From: a virus
Length of the DNA: 40,667 bases
Direction: 5' to 3' (one strand)
UHGV virus genome: UHGV-1991486
A model generated the notes under the pieces. It searched no databases. It worked only from the letters and a program-made list of their open reading frames with translations, and was not told where the DNA came from. The translations under genes and the position numbers were made by a program. The stretch's first letter is position 1; each line of letters opens with the position of its first letter. This document shows, piece after piece, positions 18,715 to 26,741 of the stretch.

Positions 18715-18996
18715 ATGACAGAAAATGAAGTAGAAGTGAAACTTGCAGAGCACGGAAAAGAAATCGGCTCATTAAAGCATCGAATGAAAGAAGCAGAGAA
18801 CGTTGTGAGCGTGGTACATCAACTGGCACAAGAAATGGTAGGGCTAACCAAAGAGGTCGGCTTCATGAACCAGACGTTGGTACAACTCACCGCAAAGGTG
18901 ACGCATCTTGAGCAGACACCAGCTAAGAGATGGGATGGGGTTGTTACCGCTCTCATTGGAGCTATTATCGGTGCAGTAGCAGCAATGCTTTTTTAA
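18715..18996 (+). CDS. XhlA-like protein (haemolysin XhlA family lysis-associated membrane protein).
   Basis: RBS GGAGGG before ATG 18715. N-terminal coiled-coil region ('LAEHGKEIGSLKHRMKEAEN') and a C-terminal transmembrane segment ('VVTALIGAIIGAVAAMLF'). Precedes the holin. Confidence 0.6.
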   Translation: MTENEVEVKLAEHGKEIGSLKHRMKEAENVVSVVHQLAQEMVGLTKEVGFMNQTLVQLTAKVTHLEQTPAKRWDGVVTALIGAIIGAVAAMLF

Positions 18997-19009
18997 AGGA
19001 GGTAGAACC

Positions 19010-19258
19010 ATGAAAAAAATCAATTGGATTGTAAGAATCAAAAACAAGGCATTCTGGGTGGCGCTGATCCCGGCAATCTTACTGTTGATACAGGCAATTG
19101 CGGCAGTGTTTGGTCTTACCATCGACCTTGGAGACCTTGGAGATAAGTTATTGACTGTAATCAATGCACTCTTTGCAGTGCTGGCAATCCTTGGTGTAGT
19201 GGTAGACCCAACGACACCGGGCACAGGAGATTCAGATCGGGCGCTTACATATAAATAG
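19010..19258 (+). CDS. Holin (phi LC3 / Phage_holin_1 family).
   Basis: 'MKKINWIVRIKNKAFWVALIPAILLL...' N-terminus typical of this holin family. 82 aa with two transmembrane segments. Confidence 0.8.
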   Translation: MKKINWIVRIKNKAFWVALIPAILLLIQAIAAVFGLTIDLGDLGDKLLTVINALFAVLAILGVVVDPTTPGTGDSDRALTYK

Positions 19259-19263
19259 ATTCT

Positions 19264-19293
19264 GGAGAGCTTGGAAACAGGCTCTCTTTTATT
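19264..19293 (+). terminator. Hairpin plus T-run between the holin and endolysin genes (possible attenuator).
   Basis: ggagagc-N10-gctctc followed by ttttatt. Confidence 0.4.
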
Positions 19294-19321
19294 GTGCGAC
19301 ATCGCACGGAAAGGAGAAAAT

Positions 19322-20302
19322 ATGAGTATTTGTCGTGGAGTAGCAGGAAACAGAGGGAGAAATCCGGTAGGTATCTTTTTTCACAATGACGCTGGAAGCA
19401 AGAACGCCAATGCAGCATTTTACAGAAATTGGTTACAGACACATCCGCTTGAAAATGGATTTGCGCACTATTATGTAGCACAGGATGGCATCTTACAGGC
19501 AGAGGATGATATGAATTGTGCATGGCATTGCGGGGACACAAATGGAAACTTAAACTATCTCGGCATCGAAACATGCCAGAGTATGGGTGATCTGGATGTA
19601 TTTAAAGCAAACGAGGAAAAAGCATTGCAGTTGGCGGCGCAGAAGTGCAAGGAGTATGGAATCACACCAAGCACAAGCACAATCAGACTCCATCAGGAAG
19701 TGTATGCTACATCATGTCCTCACAGATCTGTAGAGATTCACGGTGGAAGAGAAGCTACGAAATCCTATTTTATAAAGCGAATCAAGGAGTACATGGGTGG
19801 CAATGTCACGCCACCAACTTATGTGTCTGGTGGACAAAGTTCTGGACAGTCATCAACCCAACAGAAGCAACCAGAAGTAGTATTTACTTACGCCGTCAAA
19901 CTGGAGGACGGACGCATCTTGCCGTTTGTTCGCAATCTCACAGATTTTGCCGGGATCCAGGGCAAGCGCATCACGGATGTAGCTATTAAGGCAGACAAGG
20001 GATCCGTAAAATACAGAGTCCACGTAATTGGCAGAGGATGGCTGCCTTATGTGACCGGATGTAACTGGAATGACCACAACAACGGCTATGCAGGTACAGG
20101 ACAGCCAATCGATGCAATCGAGGTGTACTACAATACTCCAGCGGATTATGCGGCAAAATATGGCTACCAGAAAGCGCAGTACCGTGTCAGTCCGGTAAAT
20201 GGAACATACTGGGATTGGCAGTATGATAATGAGACCGGAAACGGGCAGGACGGATATGCAGGAGCGTTCGGACAGGCAATCGATCGGTTCCAGTTGTTCT
20301 AA
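19322..20302 (+). CDS. Endolysin: N-acetylmuramoyl-L-alanine amidase (Amidase_2/PGRP fold) with a C-terminal cell-wall-binding region.
   Basis: RBS GGAAAGGAG before ATG 19322. Amidase_2 hallmarks ('AHYYV', 'AWHCGD', 'NYLGIE', 'HQEVYATSCP'). C-terminal 150 aa with a Gly/Ser/Gln linker. Confidence 0.85.
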   Translation: MSICRGVAGNRGRNPVGIFFHNDAGSKNANAAFYRNWLQTHPLENGFAHYYVAQDGILQAEDDMNCAWHCGDTNGNLNYLGIETCQSMGDLDVFKANEEKALQLAAQKCKEYGITPSTSTIRLHQEVYATSCPHRSVEIHGGREATKSYFIKRIKEYMGGNVTPPTYVSGGQSSGQSSTQQKQPEVVFTYAVKLEDGRILPFVRNLTDFAGIQGKRITDVAIKADKGSVKYRVHVIGRGWLPYVTGCNWNDHNNGYAGTGQPIDAIEVYYNTPADYAAKYGYQKAQYRVSPVNGTYWDWQYDNETGNGQDGYAGAFGQAIDRFQLF

Positions 20303-20309
20303 TAAAAAT

Positions 20310-20350
20310 CCCCTCGGAGATCGTTCTCTGAGGGGAATAATATTATTTTC
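20310..20350 (+). terminator. Strong rho-independent terminator after the endolysin gene.
   Basis: cccctcggaga-tcgt-tctctgagggg followed by an A/T-rich tail ('aataatattatttt'). Confidence 0.8.
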
Positions 20351-20373
20351 CATCAAAATGTATTTTTAATAAA

Positions 20374-20401
20374 TTCAATTCAAACCCCTCTGTGCTATAA
20401 T
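20374..20401 (+). promoter_or_regulatory. Sigma70-like promoter with extended -10 (TGcTATAAT) driving a small moron ORF.
   Basis: ttcaat (20374-79), 16 nt spacer, tgctataat (20393-401). Confidence 0.35.
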
Positions 20402-20432
20402 ATATGTAGTCAATACAAGAGGGGGAGCAAGT

Positions 20433-20612
20433 ATGGAATATCAAATCTACGAATCTTACGATACGTTTTTACTATACCAAGAATTTATGGAGATACCGGG
20501 AAATTCTTTCAAATTCCGGTTGCCAGAAGGGATGATCCTGACAACCGAAATGATGCACACCTTTTTACGGGCGGCGTATATGAGTGTTGGACGGATGGAG
20601 TTGCCGTCCTGA
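20433..20612 (+). CDS. Small hypothetical protein (59 aa). A moron between the lysis cassette and the integrase.
   Basis: RBS GGGGGAG 7 nt upstream. ATG 20433, TGA 20610-12. Has its own promoter and lies between terminators. Confidence 0.35.
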   Translation: MEYQIYESYDTFLLYQEFMEIPGNSFKFRLPEGMILTTEMMHTFLRAAYMSVGRMELPS

Positions 20613-20667
20613 ATATTGTATCAATCTTATTTTTGTCAAAAAAGTTACTACTTATTTAATGTGGATT

Positions 20668-20715
20668 AGTTGCATCTTGGATGTGCGAAAGAATATGCTC
20701 GTAAAAGATGCAGCT
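20668..20715. other. Imperfect inverted repeat (11-bp arms, 26-bp spacer) next to the 3' end of the integrase gene. Candidate attP core or regulatory site.
   Basis: agttgcatctt (20668-78) and aagatgcagct (20705-15) match as reverse complements at 10 of 11 positions. Confidence 0.25.
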
Positions 20716-20739
20716 AATGAATATACTCCGAAAGCACCG

Positions 20740-22272
20740 TTATTTCGGCACTTTCGGGTACACATCGATTGTAAATTCAGAGTTTTTCTGGTTTTTCTTG
20801 TTCCGTTTCGTCTTAGTCAGAACAATCCTGTCAATCAGCTGTCTCAAGGCGCTGTTCTTTTCCGAGACAGTCAGAGAGTCCCACTCACTCAATAAATTCT
20901 TGCACTTCGGCACAAAATTCTTCCGGTTTGCCTGTCTTGCGATTGTGGTATGCAAATCTTCACGGGCAGCAGTGATGTTATTCATGCAGTCTCTGATCCG
21001 CTGCTCAAGCGCATTCGAACGCTCAATAAAAATTTCTTTTGTGTAAATTCCCTGCTCTAAAAAATCAAATAAGGATTCTCTCTGTTTCAAAAGCGTCTGA
21101 TGTTCAGTCTCAAAATTTGTGACGATCAATTCTTTTGCGGCAATCGCGGCAGTATCTTCCTCGTGAGTGTCAGCAAATTCATATTTGGCTATGTAGTCTT
21201 TCAGCCACCCCAGAAGAGCTTCTTCCAGTTCATCGATCCGGATCCCGACTGTGGAGCACTCCGCATACTGGCATATCAGCATATCATAGGGTGTTTTTGT
21301 TTGTGCTTTCTTACGGACCATAAGCCGGCCGCATTGTGAGCATCTGACCAGACCTGCAAACAGATTCTGTATCGGTCTGTCGCTTCTAACTGGAGCAGAA
21401 AAACATCCTTTTGGTTGGTTCGCGCGTTTAAATAAGTCTGCACTGATCCGTGGTGCCCATGCCGCATCTGAGAGGATGTAATCTGTGGCTTTTGGGCGGG
21501 ACTTTACCACACGACCATCTTTTACAGCTCTAACAGTCTTACGATGCCCCCAGCGGACTTTGCCGATGTTTGCCGGATTCGATATGATCCCTTTTAAAGT
21601 GGAGGGTGTAAAAGGCTTTCCGCTCCTTGCAAGGATTCCCATATTGGTCATATAGGTGCAGGCTTTTTGGTATCCGTACTGCTTATTTCCGCACAGATCA
21701 TACATTAGATCAAGGACGGGTGCTTCTGTCTGATGTGGGGCGAGAGAGTAGTGTTTTCCATCCGGCGCAATGACGCGCTCCCATCCATAAGGGGCAACAT
21801 TGCCAACGTAATAACCATCAGAACTGGAACGTTCCCTGCCACGCTGCATCCGGCGCTTGATTGTGGCGTATTCCCGGCGGCTCATAAATAAACTGAACTC
21901 AAAGTACTCATTATCATACTCATTTGCAGGATCGTAGGTTTTATTCGGTGTTACAATCCGGGTGTTGGAATAAAAAAATGCACGCTGCACACGTCCCTGA
22001 TCGATCGTATCACCTCTGGCCAGACGATCCACGTCCATTACGAGGGCACCATCCCACATACAGGCTTCTACCTCGGATAGGACTTGCGTCATGACTGGAC
22101 GGGCATCAATACTGTCTCCAGACACAACTTCTCTGTAAATTGCACCGATCGGAAGAGAGAGCGTCTTTGCCAACTCTAACAGGGTAGTAATGTGTCGTTC
22201 CAGAACATCAATCCCCAGTGCTTCCAGTTCGGCGTCTTTTCTGGATTTTCTAGCATAGATAAAATAAGACAT
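20740..22272 (-). CDS. int: Large serine recombinase (integrase).
   Basis: N-terminal resolvase catalytic domain ('YARKSRKD', 'SGDSIDARP', 'LVMDVDRLARG'), recombinase domain, and a zinc-ribbon ('CSQCGRLM...CQYAEC'). 510 aa. Confidence 0.9.
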   Translation of the reverse strand: MSYFIYARKSRKDAELEALGIDVLERHITTLLELAKTLSLPIGAIYREVVSGDSIDARPVMTQVLSEVEACMWDGALVMDVDRLARGDTIDQGRVQRAFFYSNTRIVTPNKTYDPANEYDNEYFEFSLFMSRREYATIKRRMQRGRERSSSDGYYVGNVAPYGWERVIAPDGKHYSLAPHQTEAPVLDLMYDLCGNKQYGYQKACTYMTNMGILARSGKPFTPSTLKGIISNPANIGKVRWGHRKTVRAVKDGRVVKSRPKATDYILSDAAWAPRISADLFKRANQPKGCFSAPVRSDRPIQNLFAGLVRCSQCGRLMVRKKAQTKTPYDMLICQYAECSTVGIRIDELEEALLGWLKDYIAKYEFADTHEEDTAAIAAKELIVTNFETEHQTLLKQRESLFDFLEQGIYTKEIFIERSNALEQRIRDCMNNITAAREDLHTTIARQANRKNFVPKCKNLLSEWDSLTVSEKNSALRQLIDRIVLTKTKRNKKNQKNSEFTIDVYPKVPK

Positions 22273-22413
22273 TGTATCACACTCCTATGTAATTGTATTT
22301 AAATTTGAGTATAAAAATAACAGCCAGCGCAAAACATATGTTCCGCTTGCAAGCTGTTTCCGAAGATGATACAATATTCGTGGATTTCAATAGCATATCT
22401 TCGGATATGTATA

Positions 22414-22448
22414 CCGTCTCTGTTGGCGCAGGGGCGGTTTTTTATTTT
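22414..22448. terminator. Hairpin plus T-run overlapping the lipoprotein stop codon. Reads as a + strand terminator; the same dyad is weaker on the - strand.
   Basis: ccgtctctg-ttggcg-caggggcgg (with G·U pairs) followed by ttttttatttt. Confidence 0.35.
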
Positions 22449-22938
22449 ATTGTCCTAAAGAATCGAGAGAGTTCATTAAGTCTTCCGTACTCATACCGGC
22501 AGCGGAAGAAGTGTATGCGTCAGCGATCTGCTTTGCGTATTGGGTGTATACGTCAGTTAATTTCAATGACCATTCTTCATAAACACTGTACTCGTCCCCA
22601 TTCTTCTGCATTAGCGTAGCCATTTCGGAAACGCCCTGATTAGAAATCTCGGCCAGTTTTTCAACCTTGCTATTTGATAATTCAGCAAGCGCATTTAAGT
22701 CTCCGGCAATCGGAGCTGCTTCGTTATTATATTCTTCCACAAGTCCCGGAGTCGCATCAGCAATCTTTTTTGTATAATCATCGAGAATACTTTGATACGT
22801 CACTTCGACTTCCGGTTCTTTTTCCGTAGCTTCTGTTTTCGCAGTATTCTCTTTTTCTGGCTCTTTATCTCCGCCACACGCTGTCATGGACAACGCCATA
22901 GTTCCAATCAACAACATGGTTACAATTTTCTTTTTCAT
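22447..22938 (-). CDS. Prophage lipoprotein (Ltp/Sie-like candidate).
   Basis: Signal peptide plus lipobox 'LSMTAC'. 163 aa. Sits between the integrase and repressor genes. Confidence 0.7.
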   Translation of the reverse strand: MKKKIVTMLLIGTMALSMTACGGDKEPEKENTAKTEATEKEPEVEVTYQSILDDYTKKIADATPGLVEEYNNEAAPIAGDLNALAELSNSKVEKLAEISNQGVSEMATLMQKNGDEYSVYEEWSLKLTDVYTQYAKQIADAYTSSAAGMSTEDLMNSLDSLGQ

Positions 22939-22987
22939 AAATTCCTATTTTCTCCTGTATTTCTTGTTATTTTATAGTGCAGTCATA

Positions 22988-24043
22988 TTACTCCATATAT
23001 CGCTTTGCAACTGCAATCAGCTGATCGCGATACTTATATAGATCATTGAGTGTTTCGATGTAAAATCGTTCCATCTTTTTATTTTCGTCCGGAATGAATA
23101 ATTGTTTGTTTTTCTTATCGAGGTTTATCCTACAAATAGGCTTTCTGTTATTATCTTTGTATAAAATACCGAAATAACTTTCTGTATCTCTGTGAACAAT
23201 ATCATTAACATCTACTGATCCGGCAAGCATTCCCCTTATAATATAAAATGCTTCAATCTCTTCTTCTGTAGTTACAATTTTTGACACTGGTTCTTCTGGC
23301 AGTTCTTCAGTCTCGTTTTTTACATCATCGCTGTCTTTTGTAAGAGCTGAAGATATTTTGTTATTGACAATCTCATTGACAAATGAAGAGAACGCTCTTT
23401 TTACAACAGGAGTAAATTTTTCGATTACCCTCTGATTTTTTTGTCCGTCATATATGTTTGTAAGCACAAGTCTTACAAATTCCTCCGATGGTGCTTCAAA
23501 TTCAGCAGATAAAACTCCTTTTATTAAAGAGCTATACTTCAATTCTTCGGCTGTGCTGAATATTTTTTCTTTGTCAAAATTCTCTTTGCAGAATTTTCTC
23601 AGCTCATTAATAGAAGAATCTTTTAAGTTGATCATATTGATTTCAAGAAATGGCACTAAATCCATCTTGTTTGCTTCTTCTAGGTCGGTGTAAAATCTAT
23701 ATACCAGTCCATTTGTTAAAATTCCGAATTTAGCTGGAGATGTACCAAAATATCTGAAAAGTTGAGAAGAATGTTTGTCTAACTGTTCAGAACAACTTTT
23801 GCATTCAATTAAAATACTTGGTTCTCCGTTATCCAAAATTGCATAGTCGACCTTTTCCCCTTTTTTAATTCCAACATCTGCGATATATTCCGGACAAAAT
23901 TCTAACGGATTGAATACATCATACCCAAGTATTTGAAACAGCGGTACGATTAAAGACATTTTTGTCGCTTCTTCAGTGGATACAGTATCTTTCATCATAG
24001 ATACACGTTCCGAAAATTGTTTAATAGATTCGTTAAACTCCAT
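22988..24043 (-). CDS. HsdR-N-terminal-like (type I restriction enzyme R N-terminal, PD-(D/E)xK) nuclease-domain protein with an uncharacterised C-terminal half.
   Basis: 'EEATKMSLIVPLFQILGYDV...VDYAILDNGEPSILIECKS...QLFRYF...GILTNGLVYRFY' fits the HSDR_N pattern. AT-rich gene. Confidence 0.65.
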   Translation of the reverse strand: MEFNESIKQFSERVSMMKDTVSTEEATKMSLIVPLFQILGYDVFNPLEFCPEYIADVGIKKGEKVDYAILDNGEPSILIECKSCSEQLDKHSSQLFRYFGTSPAKFGILTNGLVYRFYTDLEEANKMDLVPFLEINMINLKDSSINELRKFCKENFDKEKIFSTAEELKYSSLIKGVLSAEFEAPSEEFVRLVLTNIYDGQKNQRVIEKFTPVVKRAFSSFVNEIVNNKISSALTKDSDDVKNETEELPEEPVSKIVTTEEEIEAFYIIRGMLAGSVDVNDIVHRDTESYFGILYKDNNRKPICRINLDKKNKQLFIPDENKKMERFYIETLNDLYKYRDQLIAVAKRYME

Positions 24044-24098
24044 ATTCTCCTCCTTCTGTACTTTAACACCACTTTACTCTATATAAACGCATTTGCGC

Positions 24099-24560
24099 TC
24101 ATATCATTTCCATAACTGCCAAATTAGGAATAAAATAAATAACATAATTATCTACAGTAGTACATTTACCATATTTTCCAGTATAGCAGTCAATAGCTTC
24201 TTGCAGATATTCTTCTGTGACATGCAGATGTTCTGCAACTTCATATCTATTCTGGCATCCAGCATTAAAAGCTGATATGATACCTCGCAATCCGATCATC
24301 CGATTGTATCCGTGCAATCTTCCTTTTTGTTCTTGCTTCATATTTTCAATATTTTGCGTATTAAATATATCGCCAACAGCAGTATGATGATGTCCGATTT
24401 CTTCAGCTAAAACACAAGCCTTTTCTGCGGACGTTTTCAACCTGTTTGATATTGCAATTCTATTTTTATAGATCAATCCGTCACTACCGGAAAGAGTCTT
24501 TTCGCGGACAATCAGTCCGCTATTATTCGCCTCTTCCAAAAGTTCTTCATAAATCGTCAT
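24099..24560 (-). CDS. ImmA/IrrE-like protease-family protein (partner of the XRE repressor), with an atypical metal-binding motif.
   Basis: Immediately downstream of the repressor on the same strand. N-terminus 'MTIYEELLEEANNSGLIVRE' resembles ImmA. The motif region reads 'LAEEIGHHH' rather than the canonical HExxH. An in-frame alternative start exists at 24584. Confidence 0.55.
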   Translation of the reverse strand: MTIYEELLEEANNSGLIVREKTLSGSDGLIYKNRIAISNRLKTSAEKACVLAEEIGHHHTAVGDIFNTQNIENMKQEQKGRLHGYNRMIGLRGIISAFNAGCQNRYEVAEHLHVTEEYLQEAIDCYTGKYGKCTTVDNYVIYFIPNLAVMEMI

Positions 24561-24564
24561 TGTA

Positions 24565-25134
24565 TCACTCCCATTCAGAGTCATCCATCATGATGTCTTT
24601 ATCGTGTTTTCTCATTTCATTTGTTACTTTAATGTCGGTTCGTTCATGAGCTGCTAATACTTCTAAATGATTGTTGGATTCTATAAAATTCGGATTTCCA
24701 AGTAATATTTCAGAATAATTCAAAAGACTTTTCTTTCCATTATTATTTAGCTTTCTCATGTTCTCTAAAAGCTTATATTCTAATCTGTTTTTTCTGAACA
24801 TACTTTGATCGTAAGCTTTCTTGAATTCCTCAACATTATTAAACGAAAGGTTATCAGGGCCAATCGCATCTTTAAATTCGTAGTCGTTACGTCCCATCGG
24901 TACGTCAAATCCCATCAACCATGACTCGCTTACGTTTAATGCTTTTCCTAAAACGAACAGTTTTTCTTGATTAGGTTCATTTTTTCCAGAACAGTATTGA
25001 CTTATATCTGATTTGTTCATTTTTATCCCATATTGTTCACAGTATGGTGCAGTTAATTTCAGAACGTCTACTTGTCTAAGATCCTTTGTCTCCATAATCT
25101 TTTTTAGCCTAGTAGCAGTGCTTTCTTTCTTCAT
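24565..25134 (-). CDS. XRE-family HTH repressor (CI-like).
   Basis: N-terminal Cro/C1-type HTH ('TRLKKIMETKDLRQVDVLKLTAPYCEQYGI...'). Transcribed divergently from the cro-like gene. Confidence 0.8.
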   Translation of the reverse strand: MKKESTATRLKKIMETKDLRQVDVLKLTAPYCEQYGIKMNKSDISQYCSGKNEPNQEKLFVLGKALNVSESWLMGFDVPMGRNDYEFKDAIGPDNLSFNNVEEFKKAYDQSMFRKNRLEYKLLENMRKLNNNGKKSLLNYSEILLGNPNFIESNNHLEVLAAHERTDIKVTNEMRKHDKDIMMDDSEWE

Positions 25135-25299
25135 ATAAATGTACCGCCTTTCTGATTATAAATATATCACACACTTAACAAAAGTTCAATATGAAAAACA
25201 AAAAAGTTCAAAAAAATTAACTTTTGTATTGACAAGGGTACAAGTGGGTGTTAAGATACAAGTGGTTCAAACGTTTGAACAGAGCGAAAGGAGGATAAT
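25135..25299. promoter_or_regulatory. Genetic-switch intergenic region with divergent promoters and operator-like repeats.
   Basis: TTGACA (25229-34), 17 nt, TAAGAT (25252-57) on the + strand. A 16-bp perfect palindrome GTTCAAACGTTTGAAC (25265-80) sits just after the -10. TACAAGTGG occurs twice (25239, 25257). AGTTCAA repeats at 25183 and 25205. TATAAT on the - strand at 25160-55. Confidence 0.6.
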
Positions 25300-25530
25300 A
25301 TGGCATTCAATTATGACAAATTAAAAGGTCGGATAATTGAGAAGTTTGGAACTCAGTATAGGTTTGCGGAAGCTATGAAATGGTCGGAAAGAACGCTTTG
25401 CTTGAAATTGAGTAGTGAGAGACCGTGGAAGCAGACGGATATCTGTAAAGCAGTAGAACTTCTAGATTTGGCACAGGAAGACATACCTAAATATTTTTTT
25501 AGAGAAAAAGTTCAAAATATTGAACTTTAA
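25300..25530 (+). CDS. Cro-like small regulator (DUF739-like).
   Basis: 76 aa, first gene of the rightward early operon. 'MAFNYDKLKGRIIEKFGTQYRFAEAMKWSERTL' and a C-terminal 'YFFREKV'. Confidence 0.55.
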   Translation: MAFNYDKLKGRIIEKFGTQYRFAEAMKWSERTLCLKLSSERPWKQTDICKAVELLDLAQEDIPKYFFREKVQNIEL

Positions 25531-25543
25531 AAAGGAGAACAAA

Positions 25544-26305
25544 ATGAACAATTTAACAGTAATTGAGAACGAACTTGTCCCAGTATATGAGACGAGCACA
25601 GGAGAAAAAGTAGTATACGGTTCAGAACTGCATGAGGTTCTGGGAGTTAAAAGTAGATATAGAGAGTGGATTGATAGGAGATTGTTAGATATTGATGCAG
25701 TAGAAAACGAAGATTTCCAAGCCGCCGAATTTTCGGCACCTTCCGGTCAGACTAAAAAAGACCATATCATCAAACTAGATGCTGCCAAAGAAATGGCAAT
25801 GCTTGAACGGAATGAAAAAGGAAAACAAGTACGCAGATATTTCATTCGGGTAGAAAAGAAATACAAAGCGGCGTCTCTTGCCACACAGGAACTCTCACCG
25901 CAGTTGCAGGTCATGATTAACTTGGAAATTGAGCAGAAGCGTCAGGCAGAGAAGCTTGAGCACGTGGAAGAACGGATTGAAAGCATCCGTGAGGTTGTTG
26001 CAATCGATACAACATCATGGAGAGATGATACCGGAAGAATCTTGAGAAAAATCGGTATGGAGTGCGGAGACAGTAAGTCCTATCAAGATGTAAGAGCGGA
26101 ATCTTATCAGCTGTTGGAAAAACGCATGGGAGTGAATGTGAAGCAGAGGCTCACAAACAAACGTAGAAGAATGGCAGATGAGGGTGTTTGCAAATCCAGA
26201 AGAGACAAATTGAATTATCTTGATGTGATTGCCGATGATAAGAAGCTGATTGAGGGATATACGGCTATTGTAAAAGAGTTGGCTATTAAATACGGAGTGG
26301 CGTAG
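25544..26305 (+). CDS. Antirepressor / Rha-family regulatory protein (ORF6N-type N-terminal domain).
   Basis: RBS AAGGAG before ATG 25544. 'LTVIENELVPVYETSTGEKVVYGSELHEVLGV...YREWI' is typical of phage antirepressor N-terminal domains. Confidence 0.65.
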   Translation: MNNLTVIENELVPVYETSTGEKVVYGSELHEVLGVKSRYREWIDRRLLDIDAVENEDFQAAEFSAPSGQTKKDHIIKLDAAKEMAMLERNEKGKQVRRYFIRVEKKYKAASLATQELSPQLQVMINLEIEQKRQAEKLEHVEERIESIREVVAIDTTSWRDDTGRILRKIGMECGDSKSYQDVRAESYQLLEKRMGVNVKQRLTNKRRRMADEGVCKSRRDKLNYLDVIADDKKLIEGYTAIVKELAIKYGVA

Positions 26306-26319
26306 CAGGGAGGATTGAC

Positions 26320-26505
26320 ATGGAAATTGTAATAGCAAGCATCATCTGCTCGATCATAACAACAATCGTTACAAGTCTTGTGGTGACACGGGAGTCTATG
26401 AGCATTATCCAAAAAGCTGTTGATCATTTACTTGATGTCAACATGGACTTTGTCACCTCGATGACAAACATGATAATTGATAGATTTGGAACGAATCACA
26501 AATAA
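26320..26505 (+). CDS. Small membrane protein (61 aa).
   Basis: Hydrophobic N-terminus 'IVIASIICSIITTIVTSLVV'. Confidence 0.4.
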   Translation: MEIVIASIICSIITTIVTSLVVTRESMSIIQKAVDHLLDVNMDFVTSMTNMIIDRFGTNHK

Positions 26506-26561
26506 GAGTGGATGGACAACATGCCTCGGACAATCCATCTGGCATACATAGTAGAGAGGTG

Positions 26562-26720
26562 ATGATTTTGATCGTAGAAACAGTAAAAGTAAAAAATGCA
26601 ACAATCCGAGTACATGATGATTGTTATGTGGATCGCACAGAAGAGGAAGTCAAAAAACTTATAGATGGATGTTGCCGGATTATTCAGGGAGCATTGATAC
26701 GAAAAGAGAAAACCGCTTAG
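26562..26720 (+). CDS. Small hypothetical protein.
   Basis: Internal ATG 26562 within the track ORF 26508..26720. Confidence 0.3.
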   Translation: MILIVETVKVKNATIRVHDDCYVDRTEEEVKKLIDGCCRIIQGALIRKEKTA

Positions 26721-26741
26721 GCGGTAGAAGGGAGGACAAGC

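Noticed and set aside
20385-20425. 7-bp inverted repeat (cccctct...agagggg) bracketing the moron promoter.
   Set aside because: The left arm lies upstream of the predicted transcription start, so it cannot act as an RNA hairpin. It may be a DNA-level site, but there is no further support. A similar cccctct...agaggg pair also follows the major tail gene (about 9840-9878).
20584-21046. Two plus-strand ORFs (103 and 112 aa).
   Set aside because: They are shadow ORFs inside, or overlapping the 3' end of, the serine integrase gene on the opposite strand.
22293-22619. 108-aa plus-strand ORF.
   Set aside because: It spans the integrase/lipoprotein intergenic terminator and the 3' end of the lipoprotein gene. 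It has no RBS and odd composition.
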